NCBI GenBank assembly: GCA_963677495.2
Contig: CAXXOU010000001.1
Coordinates: 832,001-896,000 of the forward strand
Source of the DNA: Candidatus Cloacimonadales bacterium
Lineage (GTDB): Bacteria; Cloacimonadota; Cloacimonadia; Cloacimonadales; JAFGVF01
DNA: 64,000 nucleotides
Direction: 5' to 3'
The notes below the pieces were generated by a model. The model did no database searches. It saw only the letters and a program-made list of their open reading frames with translations, and was not told the DNA's origin. This document shows positions 29,678-39,963 of this stretch, piece after piece. Made by a program: the position numbers and the translations under genes. Every line of letters starts with the position of its first letter. The stretch's first letter is position 1.

Positions 29678-31723
29678 ATGAAGTTCATAATAAGCTTAGT
29701 TCTCTTTTTAGCGATTGGATCAATGCTATGTATTCAAGTAGGTGGAACAATGACTCAAGACACTGTCTGGGGACCTAATGATAATCCAATTCAAGTGCTA
29801 GACCACGTGATAATCAATGAAGGAGTAACACTTACTATACTTCCCGGTACCGAGATATATTTCCGACCACGTCAGATACTTACTTTCGAGCAATACATGG
29901 CTGGAGTTGAATATGACGGAGGTACAAGCGAACACAAGATTATCTGGTGTAATGGAAATATTATAGCCGAGGGTACCGAAAATAATCCAATTCTATTTAC
30001 AAGAATGAATGATGAAGAAAAGACTTTTTGGGGAGGGATACTATTATTTTTTGGCAGTCAGTGGGGAGTTTTTAAGCATTGTATTTTTGAATATACTACT
30101 GATGTAATGCTTTATCCGGGTTCTTGGATGGATGCAGCTATTTCGATAAGAAGTGGCAATGTAATAGTAAATAACTGTCGGTTTTATAATTGTTGGGGTA
30201 GCATATTGAAGAATACTCGAGAAGAAGAAATAGAAGTAGTCTCATGTGACTTTTATAGAGATGATGACTTATTCTATACTGATACAAGTATTCCGGTTGA
30301 TTGGAATATGATGTATTTTTCTAGAAATAATAATACGGAGAATGCTGGGTTGATTGCGAATTGCAGTTTCTACAATTTTGGTGGTTCAAATACACCTAAT
30401 ATCCAATGGTCTTTTAACAGTTTTGATTCATTAGATTCTCATAGTGCGGTATATAACAATTACAATTATAATTTTTTCTATAAAAACACTTTTACAAATC
30501 AAGATCGAGCCATTAGTGTACCTGATAATGGTTATATCCGATCAAATAGATTCATTGGAGGTGATGAAAGTATTCGTGGAGGTATAATTCATGTCGTTGA
30601 TAACTATTTTGAGAATAATAGATTTCAAGGGGACTTTGGAAGTAGATATATAAGTAATGTTTATAACAATGCTGAAGGAGCACCTAGTATTACATGCTTA
30701 GCTAATGAGATTACTTATGAGTTATATGAAGATTATGCTGTTGGAGGACTAGATAACAACCATAACAACCTTGGTGTTGATTGTGAATTTGGTGTCCGTG
30801 GAGGAACGTTTTATAACTCGATAGTTGTTGGAAATGATAACATATGTGAAGATATGAGTGAAGCAACAAAAAGTTTTAAGAATTGTATTATAGACTTCCC
30901 CCTTGGATCTTCTTCTCTAGTAGATTTAGGTGGAAACATATATGTAGATCCTGACAGTATAGCAAATCTATTTGTTGATTATGAAGGTCGAGACTTTCGA
31001 CCTGCCCCCGGTTCTCCTGCTATTGATGCCGGTTGTTGGGTTGACACATTAAACTGGTGCGAATATGCAGGTGGTTTTACCGAACGCTTTTGGGATGGAG
31101 ATGGAGACGGTATAGCTCAACCTGATATTGGACCTTATGAATATGGAGCTCCTGCTCTTGGAGGAATAAAAGGTTATACTCGTAAGAGTACAGGTAATAA
31201 TGAGATAGTTCCTTATGTCCTGATACATAATGCTTATGACTATAGTGAGTTTGTTATTAGCGATAGTCTGGGATATTATGAATTACCTCTTACAGCAGGC
31301 AGATATGAGTTTGTGGTTCAAAGAGTATTCTATGATTCTTTGTATGTTCACAAACAGGTAAATGCAGACTATAGCTGGAATGAATCCGATATATACTTAG
31401 TTCAGAACACGACATACAATGATGAGTATGAAATCTCACCACAACTATCAAGCATAGAAGTTACGAATTTCCCTAATCCTTTCAATCCATCAACCACAAT
31501 CAGTTATTCAATCCCTGAAAGTGGAGATGTGGAGGTTACTGTCTTCAATGTCAGAGGACAATTAGTCAAACAACTATACAAAGGTTTCAAACCAAAAGGT
31601 GGATATAACATCAAATGGGATGGGACTGATGAACATAATAACACAGTTGCAACCGGTGTGTATTTCTCAGTTGTGAAAACTAACAAGGAGCAGAAAAGCA
31701 ATAAAATGCTCTTGATGAAGTAG
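29678..31723 (+). CDS. Secreted beta-helix protein with FlgD/T9SS-like CTD (paralog of 61609..63669)
   Basis: Signal peptide, GVTLTILPGT, Asn-rich repeats, SPAIDAG...DIGPYEY, NFPNPFNP CTD. Confidence 0.82.
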   Translation: MKFIISLVLFLAIGSMLCIQVGGTMTQDTVWGPNDNPIQVLDHVIINEGVTLTILPGTEIYFRPRQILTFEQYMAGVEYDGGTSEHKIIWCNGNIIAEGTENNPILFTRMNDEEKTFWGGILLFFGSQWGVFKHCIFEYTTDVMLYPGSWMDAAISIRSGNVIVNNCRFYNCWGSILKNTREEEIEVVSCDFYRDDDLFYTDTSIPVDWNMMYFSRNNNTENAGLIANCSFYNFGGSNTPNIQWSFNSFDSLDSHSAVYNNYNYNFFYKNTFTNQDRAISVPDNGYIRSNRFIGGDESIRGGIIHVVDNYFENNRFQGDFGSRYISNVYNNAEGAPSITCLANEITYELYEDYAVGGLDNNHNNLGVDCEFGVRGGTFYNSIVVGNDNICEDMSEATKSFKNCIIDFPLGSSSLVDLGGNIYVDPDSIANLFVDYEGRDFRPAPGSPAIDAGCWVDTLNWCEYAGGFTERFWDGDGDGIAQPDIGPYEYGAPALGGIKGYTRKSTGNNEIVPYVLIHNAYDYSEFVISDSLGYYELPLTAGRYEFVVQRVFYDSLYVHKQVNADYSWNESDIYLVQNTTYNDEYEISPQLSSIEVTNFPNPFNPSTTISYSIPESGDVEVTVFNVRGQLVKQLYKGFKPKGGYNIKWDGTDEHNNTVATGVYFSVVKTNKEQKSNKMLLMK

Positions 31724-32030
31724 GAAGAAGTGAATCGCAATGATAGTGTGATTCGCTAATTCCGTCATTCGAAGCGGGTTTCGTTACAATTGCGAGGTGC
31801 TTTCCCTTCGAAGTGCACCATTTGCAAGGTTTACAACCATTCCAAAGGTACAGGTGACTGCTTCAGATTAATGAAAGAATTATCTCCTTAGAGAGTATCA
31901 TTCAACTTAAGAATTCAGGAAGTCCGCTATCACTTCACTGCGTTCAACTCCTGCAAACTCCCTGAATTGCGATTAGTTCCTTCGAAGTGTACCATTTGCA
32001 AGGTCTAGCGACCATTCCAAAGGTACGGAT
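31724..32030 (+). repeat. Downstream repeat modules with two REP-like doublets (31809-31853, 31983-32026)
   Basis: 31724-31855 matches revcomp 15123-15253; 31920-32030 resembles 63882-63993. Confidence 0.8.
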
Positions 32031-32136
32031 TGGTGTACTCCATACGTTTTAATCTAAATCTTTAAAGAAGATATTGACGGAAATAGAATAACAATCATAT
32101 ACTTGTTGTAAGATAGCTGTTTTCATAGGAGGAGTT

Positions 32137-35100
32137 ATGATCAATAACCTTGTTCAAAGCAATATAGTTCATTTATTGAAAGGATTTAAGATAGAATCAG
32201 GTGTTAGTTATCCAATCAATGCAGGAGTGCTGTTCCTTGATGTATGTTCATATACAAAGAAAACAGAGAAGGCAAGTAAGAAAGGACACTATGGCATAGA
32301 AATAATAACCGGGATGTTGAACAGCTATTTTGATATGCTGGACAAAGTTATTCAAGATAATGATGGCTACATAGTTAAGTATGGTGGAGACGCTGTGCTT
32401 GCCCTCTTCCCTATCTCAAATACTGATGATAAAAATATTATAAACAATCTTAATAATCAACTACCTCAAGCTCTTAAAACTCTTAACCTGGAGTTTAAAC
32501 AAAGATACAATGAAGAGTTTCAGTATCATGCCGGATATGCTGAAGGAATATGCAATATAAACATTGTTGGAGATGAAAAATACCACCTTGATTATTACCT
32601 TACGGGAAATTGTCTGGTTGATGCATATGAGTTAGCTGAACAGTCCGGATTTAACGAGATTTACGGAAAAAGTCCGGGTGAAGTAATTGAGAATCCTGAG
32701 ATAGATAGATCCAATTACGATATTGTATCCAGTGATCTATTCATACCGGACGATATTAGGCAAAAACTATCTAGTGGTAAATTTACTGCAGAGCTAAGAA
32801 ATACTGTTGTTCTCTTTCTTAAACTACATCCGAAAACAGGTGAAAATATTCCAAATGACGTTTATAATGATATCTATCTACGTATACAACGTATTGTATA
32901 TGGTCTAAAGGGGATCATAAACAAGATTGATTTCAATGATAAAGGTTATCTACTACTAATCACTTTCGGGACGACAGCTATAAGCCACGATGATATAGAA
33001 AGAGGGTTTACTTGTGCATATAGAATTAAGAATAGCATTAGCGATTTGGTAGATTTCAAGATAGGTCTCACGCATAATAGCATCTATTCTGGTATTATTG
33101 GCAGTAAGCAACATCATGAATTCGGTATTATTGGTAATTCTGTAAATATTGCAGCCAGGTTGTTATCTGCGATTGCATTGGGAGGTATAGCTTTTACTGA
33201 AAATATTTATAAGAAAATTGAGACCAGATTTGAGTGTAATTATGTAAAAACTACTACTGTGAAAGGTATAAAAGACTCGATAAGGATATATAGCCTTATA
33301 GGTGAGATTTCAGAATATAGACGCCTTTATGAAACCTCCTTCAGAGATATGCAACAGATTGCTTACAAGGATGAAACAGATCGTGTAATCAATTCCATTT
33401 TTGCTGATTCAGGTAGTTGCTTCCAGATGATTGGAGAATCGGGCTCAGGTAAATCTTTCTTGGTTTATAGATTGATAATTGAATCAGGATTAGATAATGA
33501 ACAAGTTTGCTTGATTTCAGCTGATGAGTACAATAGCGAAAACAATTTAGAAATCATACGTCAGTTTCTTGCAAATTACTTTTCTACTAATGACATAATA
33601 AATGATATCGATTCTCTTCGTTCCTATTGCAACTCGAAAAAAATTAACGCTAATATTGAGATGATTAAAGAGTTTTTAGGAAATGGGATTCAAGGTGATT
33701 TTCTCTTCGAGGGAGAGCTTAGTTCCAGAAACAAGATTTGCATTGATCAGCTTACTCAGATTATAGTTGAAATACTGACGGATAAAAAACTTATGATTAT
33801 TGATAACCTTCATTGGTTTGATAATACATCGTTGGAAATAATACTAAAAGCTATTTCAATACTAGCTGATAATAATACAACTACGGTAGTTACTAGTCTG
33901 CAAGATATGAAGTTAGATAGTTACACATCAATTGAACTACAGTTCTTGAATAATGAGTTAACTGAGAAACTGGTTCTAACAAAAATTAAGAATCCAACAG
34001 CTGAAGCTTTAAACATTATTTATTCTATAAGCAATGGAAATCCATTGTTTATCATTGAGTTATGTAGGCTTATTCGTAGAAGCCTTCATGATGAATATGA
34101 GATACTTTCAGCACAGCATGTAAAGCAGTTTCTGATAGATGGAAAAGTAACAGATAGAGTTGCATCCTTTTTTATGAAAGAGTTTGATAATCTGGATGAA
34201 GAAACGCAACGTTTATTGAAATTCGCTTCCATTATTGGTAAAGCCTTCTCTCTTGATGAACTAAAAGAGATTTCAGGTGATAAGCTGACAGGTGAGATTC
34301 AGAATTTTATTGGTAACTTACAAAACCAGGGAGTGATTGCTCAAATTGATATTAACCCAACTCTTCTCTTTATATTTAATAACAAATTGATGCGTGAGAC
34401 TATTTACAGTTCAATTCTCAAATCTGAAAAGCTATCTCTTCATAGGAAACTGGGAGAGTATTATGAAAAGCAACTAAGTAGAAATATCATAAAAAACTTT
34501 GAGCTGGTTGCTACACATTATTACCTTGCAGAGATAGCTGATAAGACTGTTAATTATGCTGAATTAGCTGCCGAAAAGAACCTAAGATTAACAAACTACG
34601 CTGTCTCATTACACTATAACAGGATAGCAGTAAAACTTGCTGGAAAGACAAAAAAAGGATATGAGCTTAGGCTAAGTTTAATTGACCTGTTATTGAGATT
34701 GAGTGAAACAAATGAAGCAGAAACGTTGTTGAATAAGATTGATCAAGATGATTACTATCAAAAGTCTACTAGAATTAGCTATCTAAAAGCCAGACTTGCA
34801 ATATATAAATCTGAATACAACAAACTAGTAGATCTAGATGTAATACCTGATATTGAAGATATTTTTAGTGTTAAAACTTCATTATATAAGCTTGATGCTT
34901 ACAGGTTTACAGGAAGAATTAACGATTTTGATGCTCTTGCTTTATCTTTAAAACAACTATTTATTAGTAATAACAGAGATGATTATTTGGGAGAACTGCT
35001 TGCAATAGTCGGTCAAAACCTGATTTATAGAGGAGAATATTCCGATGCTATTAAGATGTATACACAAAAACTCAAGATTGCTAAAGTAAGAAAAGACTTT

Positions 35101-35871
35101 TATTCTATCAGGATGGCATATAGTTCTTTAGGAATAATAGCCTCACGTCAAGGTGATCAAGAACTAGCTGCTAAATACTATAATGAAGCAATATCTGCAG
35201 CAGATAGAAGCGGGGATAAAAACGGATATTCAAAAATAATGATGGATATTGGAGCTCTTTATAAAAATCAAAGTAGATTTGATGAAGCTGAAGAATATTA
35301 CAAGAAAAGTTTATCAACTGCTAAAGCAATAGGCAATAAGCAACAGGTTTCTTTAGTATTGTATAATATGGGGGAGATGCTTCTTTGGCAAGATAGGTAT
35401 GAGGAAGCACTTTCAATGTTCCTTAAGTCAAAAGATATCGCGATTTCACTTTTCGATGTAGTTTCTCTTAGTTATTGTGATGATGCAATTGGTGACTGCT
35501 ATTTCAGATTAAACAGATTCGATGAAGCTGAAAGCATATATAGGAGTAACGAGCAAAGACAGCTCAAAATTAACGATAGAGAAGGATTAGCACATACCTG
35601 GGGTAATCTTGGTAATATAGCTAAAACAAAGAAGAAATATGATGATGCTATATCTTATTATCGAAAACAAGAAGAATTACTATGTGAAATCGGAGATTTA
35701 GACGGTCAAGGACGATCTTTATTCAATTGGGCAATGATTCATATTTTATGTGATAATAAAGATAGTGCAGTCAAAAAACTTCAAAGAGCTAAAGATCTTT
35801 TCTCTAAATGTGGTGCGATTCAGTTAGTTGATTTTACAGCACAACAGATTGAAAAATTTTCTTCTGAGTAG
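32137..35871 (+). CDS. Class III nucleotide cyclase (two domains) - STAND/AAA ATPase - TPR protein
   Basis: LFLDVCSYT and KYGGDA; GNSVNIAARL; Walker A GESGSGKS; IIDNLHWFD; GNPLF; C-terminal TPRs. Confidence 0.87.
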   Translation: MINNLVQSNIVHLLKGFKIESGVSYPINAGVLFLDVCSYTKKTEKASKKGHYGIEIITGMLNSYFDMLDKVIQDNDGYIVKYGGDAVLALFPISNTDDKNIINNLNNQLPQALKTLNLEFKQRYNEEFQYHAGYAEGICNINIVGDEKYHLDYYLTGNCLVDAYELAEQSGFNEIYGKSPGEVIENPEIDRSNYDIVSSDLFIPDDIRQKLSSGKFTAELRNTVVLFLKLHPKTGENIPNDVYNDIYLRIQRIVYGLKGIINKIDFNDKGYLLLITFGTTAISHDDIERGFTCAYRIKNSISDLVDFKIGLTHNSIYSGIIGSKQHHEFGIIGNSVNIAARLLSAIALGGIAFTENIYKKIETRFECNYVKTTTVKGIKDSIRIYSLIGEISEYRRLYETSFRDMQQIAYKDETDRVINSIFADSGSCFQMIGESGSGKSFLVYRLIIESGLDNEQVCLISADEYNSENNLEIIRQFLANYFSTNDIINDIDSLRSYCNSKKINANIEMIKEFLGNGIQGDFLFEGELSSRNKICIDQLTQIIVEILTDKKLMIIDNLHWFDNTSLEIILKAISILADNNTTTVVTSLQDMKLDSYTSIELQFLNNELTEKLVLTKIKNPTAEALNIIYSISNGNPLFIIELCRLIRRSLHDEYEILSAQHVKQFLIDGKVTDRVASFFMKEFDNLDEETQRLLKFASIIGKAFSLDELKEISGDKLTGEIQNFIGNLQNQGVIAQIDINPTLLFIFNNKLMRETIYSSILKSEKLSLHRKLGEYYEKQLSRNIIKNFELVATHYYLAEIADKTVNYAELAAEKNLRLTNYAVSLHYNRIAVKLAGKTKKGYELRLSLIDLLLRLSETNEAETLLNKIDQDDYYQKSTRISYLKARLAIYKSEYNKLVDLDVIPDIEDIFSVKTSLYKLDAYRFTGRINDFDALALSLKQLFISNNRDDYLGELLAIVGQNLIYRGEYSDAIKMYTQKLKIAKVRKDFYSIRMAYSSLGIIASRQGDQELAAKYYNEAISAADRSGDKNGYSKIMMDIGALYKNQSRFDEAEEYYKKSLSTAKAIGNKQQVSLVLYNMGEMLLWQDRYEEALSMFLKSKDIAISLFDVVSLSYCDDAIGDCYFRLNRFDEAESIYRSNEQRQLKINDREGLAHTWGNLGNIAKTKKKYDDAISYYRKQEELLCEIGDLDGQGRSLFNWAMIHILCDNKDSAVKKLQRAKDLFSKCGAIQLVDFTAQQIEKFSSE

Positions 35872-36089
35872 TATGTTCTCGCTAAGAGAATATTATATAG
35901 AATCTAACCATATCTAACAAATTTTGGATGGATGAATGCATTTCATGCAAAAAAAGAGCTTTTTAAAAATCCTCTCTTTAAAAGCTACCAAACAGTCACT
36001 TATAATGTTTGTCTACAAAGTGATTGTAAAAAATAATACACACATTCTTAATTTATTTCTAACTCTTTGTTTTTTATGTTACTTATGAG

Positions 36090-36205
36090 TTATTCACATA
36101 ATGTGAGTGTTTTAAACTAGAAATGTATCATATTATTTTGCAATATATTAGCGAATAAGTAAACTTAATATACAGAGAGTTTGCGCAAGTTATCCACACT
36201 TGACA
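36090..36205 (+). promoter_or_regulatory. dnaA promoter region with DnaA boxes
   Basis: TTATTCACA at 36090-36098; TTATCCACA at 36190-36198 next to TTGACA at 36200-36205. Confidence 0.65.
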
Positions 36206-36294
36206 AAACGTAATCTAAAGCAATTTTTGAGACATCTTGGCATTTATAAAAATCCAATATAAAAAGATAAATTTTAGACGGTGGTATCATTAAA

Positions 36295-37629
36295 ATGAAT
36301 AGTGAATTGTGGAACAATGTACTACAACAACTTGAAGAGAATGTTAAACCTCAAACTTACAGAACTTGGTTTAATGATTCTCAATTCGTGTCTTTAAAAG
36401 ACAACCTTTTGATAGTTAAGGTGCAAACTGACTTTGCAGCAAACTACCTTAACAAAAACTATGAGAAATTGATTAGAGAGATTCTTTCAAGCCTTTACAA
36501 TGAAAAGTATCAAATTAGGTTTGTAAGCAAAATTGCTCAACCCAAAAAAGAATCTAGCTCAGAGAAAACAAACGGGATAGATACAGTTAGTCCAAATCAT
36601 AAGTTAAGAGAAAGATATAACTTTGATGAATTTGTTGTAGGTAAGAATAATAATTTTGCTTATTCAGCAGCTTTAGGAGTAGCAGAGAATCCGGGCAGAA
36701 ACTATAATCCTCTTTTCATTTACGGTGAATCAGGAATGGGTAAAACCCATCTTATGCAGGCTATTGGTAGTTTTGCTCTAGAAAATGATGAAGAGCTAGT
36801 TGTTTATTATACAACAACAGAAACCTTTACTAATGAGATGATTGAAGCTATTCAAACTAATAGTATGCACAAATTTAGGGCTAAATATAGAAATGTAGAT
36901 ATTCTACTCGTTGATGACATTCATTTCTTATCCAGAAAAGAGGGTACTCAGGAAGAATTCTTCCATACTTTTAACGCTCTACTAGAAAACAAAAAACAAA
37001 TAGTACTTACAAGTGATAGACCACCAAAAGATATTGAGGATCTTGAAAAGAGACTTGTAACAAGATTTGAAAGTGGTCTGTTAGCTGACCTTAAGAGTCC
37101 TGATTTTGAAACTCGTGTAGCTATCTTAAATAAGAAAATTGAAACAGAATCGTTCTTTTTACCACAAGATGTGATATCATACATAGCTGAGAATATCTAT
37201 ACTAGCGTTAGAGCATTAGAGGGATCTTTAATTAGAATTATTGCCCATACTTCATTTAACAAAATAGATCCTGAAGAGATTACTATTAATATGATAAGTT
37301 CAGTATTGTCTGACTTAATCTCACAAAAGAAACAGGAAATTACTCTCGATAAAGTGCTTGAAACTGTATCATTAAAATATGGTATCCCCCAACAACAGCT
37401 TTTGGATAAAACACGTAAGAAAAACATAGCATTTCCAAGACATGTAGCTATGTATTTATCCAATATCCTAATTCCATCTTTATCGCTAAAAGATATCGCT
37501 ACGTTCTTCAAAAGAAAGGATCATACTACAGTTATCCACGCTAAAGTAAACATTGAAAGTAAGTTTAAAGCTGACCCTGATTTCCGTAGTGAAATTGAAA
37601 CAATAATTGCTGATATAAGAGATATTTAA
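36295..37629 (+). CDS. dnaA: Chromosomal replication initiator DnaA
   Basis: YNPLFIYGESGMGKTHL, LLVDDI, QEEFFHTFN, RKDHTTVIHA. Confidence 0.98.
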   Translation: MNSELWNNVLQQLEENVKPQTYRTWFNDSQFVSLKDNLLIVKVQTDFAANYLNKNYEKLIREILSSLYNEKYQIRFVSKIAQPKKESSSEKTNGIDTVSPNHKLRERYNFDEFVVGKNNNFAYSAALGVAENPGRNYNPLFIYGESGMGKTHLMQAIGSFALENDEELVVYYTTTETFTNEMIEAIQTNSMHKFRAKYRNVDILLVDDIHFLSRKEGTQEEFFHTFNALLENKKQIVLTSDRPPKDIEDLEKRLVTRFESGLLADLKSPDFETRVAILNKKIETESFFLPQDVISYIAENIYTSVRALEGSLIRIIAHTSFNKIDPEEITINMISSVLSDLISQKKQEITLDKVLETVSLKYGIPQQQLLDKTRKKNIAFPRHVAMYLSNILIPSLSLKDIATFFKRKDHTTVIHAKVNIESKFKADPDFRSEIETIIADIRDI

Positions 37630-37900
37630 AGTCTTGCTATGCAAGGCTTTATTTTTTTTATTTATAAAGTTATCCACAAGTTAACGGAAAACTATGTTAA
37701 TAACTGTTTATAAGTAGTGAATAAGTAGTTATCTAGAAAACTCTGTGGATAATTTGTGTATAAGTTTTTAGTTATGCACATACTACTCACTTAGGTCTGA
37801 GAAACGCAACTAATGAAAAATAAAGCTTTACAAAATTTATTAATGACTTTTCAACAAATCCACACACCCTACTACTACTACTGTTTTTTTAATATTAATA
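37630..37900. other. oriC: Replication origin oriC (DnaA boxes, DnaA-trios, AT-rich tract)
   Basis: TTATCCACA at 37670, TGTGGATAA at 37744, TGTGTATAA at 37755, TTATGCACA at 37772, plus degenerate boxes; then CCC-TACTACTACTACT at about 37867-37882 and an AT tract. Confidence 0.88.
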
Positions 37901-37912
37901 GGAGAATTAATA

Positions 37913-39157
37913 ATGTATAGAATAAGGATTATTCTTAGCATCTTAGTGCTACTTACTATCATAACTGCTTGTCAGAATGACAGAAACACAATAGGTACAG
38001 GATTGGAAACAGAACTCCCAATCGTTGGAGAAACTTTCATAGATTCTTTATTATCATATAGTTACGATAGTGAAATGATTATTTATAGTGGGGAAACATC
38101 AGTTTTATGTTCCAATCATGAGGAGATAGAGTCTATTGTTTTAATGAACTTCTATAATATGCCAACTGAAATGGATTCTTTGGGTGATGCTATACTCAAG
38201 TTTAAGATTAATGAAGACAAATCTGATTTTTCTATAGATAATTTAACATTAGGATTGATTAAAAGAAATTGGAGTGAAACAGCTACCTGGGAATCTCCAT
38301 ATCCTGATTCAACTGATGTTACTTGGGATGTTACTTCAGAGTTAATGATAGATAGAGATTATTGTTCAAATTCATTTAGTGTCGAAGAAGATAGTCTTGG
38401 AATAACTATCCCAAAAGATTTGATTGAAGATTGGGTGCTCGAAGATATCAATGGCTATAACTTAGCTCTTATCATTGATTCAGGATACATACTTATACAG
38501 TCATCGGAAACAAGTAATGGTCCAAACCTAAGTTTCGATTACAAAACTGATGATGAGACAGACGAATACAGCAGTGAATGTCTGTATGACACATACATCA
38601 TAGAAGAAAAAATAGATAAGCAGACTTATGATAATCAACTCTTTCTTCAAAACATTCTACCTGTTAGAAGTTTTATCGGTTTTGACATAGATAAAGCAAT
38701 TCTCAATATACCCGGTATTAATGAAGACAACAAAAAGTTCGTACTGCTAAATAAAGCTGAACTAGTATTCACTATAGACAAAGAGAATTCAGCATACTAT
38801 TCTGAAGATATAGAAACGTATGATGAGTTAGAAGTTGATATTCTTTGGCCTGAAAATGAGATTGATTCTCCAACTGTAATTCAAAATGACGATTTAGAGG
38901 CTTCTTTGGATGATATACCTTATCCATACTACCTTTTAGAGTCTTCTACCGTAGAATTGGCCGATTCTTTAGCTACAATCGATATTTCTCCTATAGTTGA
39001 AAACTATTTAAAAGATAGAATTGATAATCATGGTTTTGTTCTTTATAATGTTGATGAAGATATCTTTTTCGGTAAGATTTCTTTATACGGTTTTGATGCA
39101 ACAGATGAATTAAAACCAAAGTTAAAGGTGATTTACACAATTCCAGAGGTTGAATAG
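37913..39157 (+). CDS. Lipoprotein of unknown function (possibly DUF4270-like)
   Basis: Lipobox ITAC, acidic composition, ends KPKLKVIYT. Confidence 0.6.
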   Translation: MYRIRIILSILVLLTIITACQNDRNTIGTGLETELPIVGETFIDSLLSYSYDSEMIIYSGETSVLCSNHEEIESIVLMNFYNMPTEMDSLGDAILKFKINEDKSDFSIDNLTLGLIKRNWSETATWESPYPDSTDVTWDVTSELMIDRDYCSNSFSVEEDSLGITIPKDLIEDWVLEDINGYNLALIIDSGYILIQSSETSNGPNLSFDYKTDDETDEYSSECLYDTYIIEEKIDKQTYDNQLFLQNILPVRSFIGFDIDKAILNIPGINEDNKKFVLLNKAELVFTIDKENSAYYSEDIETYDELEVDILWPENEIDSPTVIQNDDLEASLDDIPYPYYLLESSTVELADSLATIDISPIVENYLKDRIDNHGFVLYNVDEDIFFGKISLYGFDATDELKPKLKVIYTIPEVE

Positions 39158-39159
39158 TA

Positions 39160-39954
39160 GTGAGATATTTTATTACATTTCTACTTGCATTAAGTCTGTT
39201 AACAGCCTGCAGTAGGGATGATTCTCAAGTTGTTGCTAAAGTAGGTGAGAAAGTTCTGACTCTTAATGATTTAAAATCATTTTATACAGAATCAGAATGG
39301 GAAACTGTGACAAATGAAGAGAAACGTAAAGTAGTCAGGAACTGGATGGATCTTCAAGCATTAGCTAAATATGCAGATGAAAAGAAACTTTCTGATGAAG
39401 ATGCTGTAAAAATAAAAATGGATGTAGCAATTAATAAGGCAAAAGCAAACGCTTTATTAGCTAGTGAAATCAATAAAATACGCATTACTGAAGATGAATT
39501 GTTTAATTATTACAAGATTCATCAGGGAGAGTATAAGTCAAAAATAGAAGCTTTTAAAGTCCAAAGAATATATGTTAAGTCTGATACATTACTTGCAACA
39601 GTGCAAGAGCGTTTAAAGAGTAAAGAGAACTTCACAGAACTGGCAAAAGAATACTCTCAAGAAAGAATTGGTAGTAGTGGAGGATATTTAGGTTGGGTAA
39701 ACGAAAAAGATGAAGATTTGACAATGTTTAATAGTGTAAAAAACTTGAAACTATATCAGTATAATACCATTAATGCTAATAATGGATATTACATAGTTAG
39801 ATATTATAAAAGAAAACAGATTGACGTTGATGTCAGATATGAGTCTATAAAAGAGGAACTTAGAGATAAGTTATTCAATGAGAAGAAAGAGAAGATCTAT
39901 AATGAACTTTTAAGGTCTTTGAAGAATAGTTATGATATGTCACTCTCTTTTTAA
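39160..39954 (+). CDS. Parvulin-type PPIase lipoprotein (PrsA/PpiC-like)
   Basis: Lipobox LTAC; FTELAKEYS...GGYLGW. Confidence 0.82.
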   Translation: MRYFITFLLALSLLTACSRDDSQVVAKVGEKVLTLNDLKSFYTESEWETVTNEEKRKVVRNWMDLQALAKYADEKKLSDEDAVKIKMDVAINKAKANALLASEINKIRITEDELFNYYKIHQGEYKSKIEAFKVQRIYVKSDTLLATVQERLKSKENFTELAKEYSQERIGSSGGYLGWVNEKDEDLTMFNSVKNLKLYQYNTINANNGYYIVRYYKRKQIDVDVRYESIKEELRDKLFNEKKEKIYNELLRSLKNSYDMSLSF

Positions 39955-39963
39955 GGAATTATT

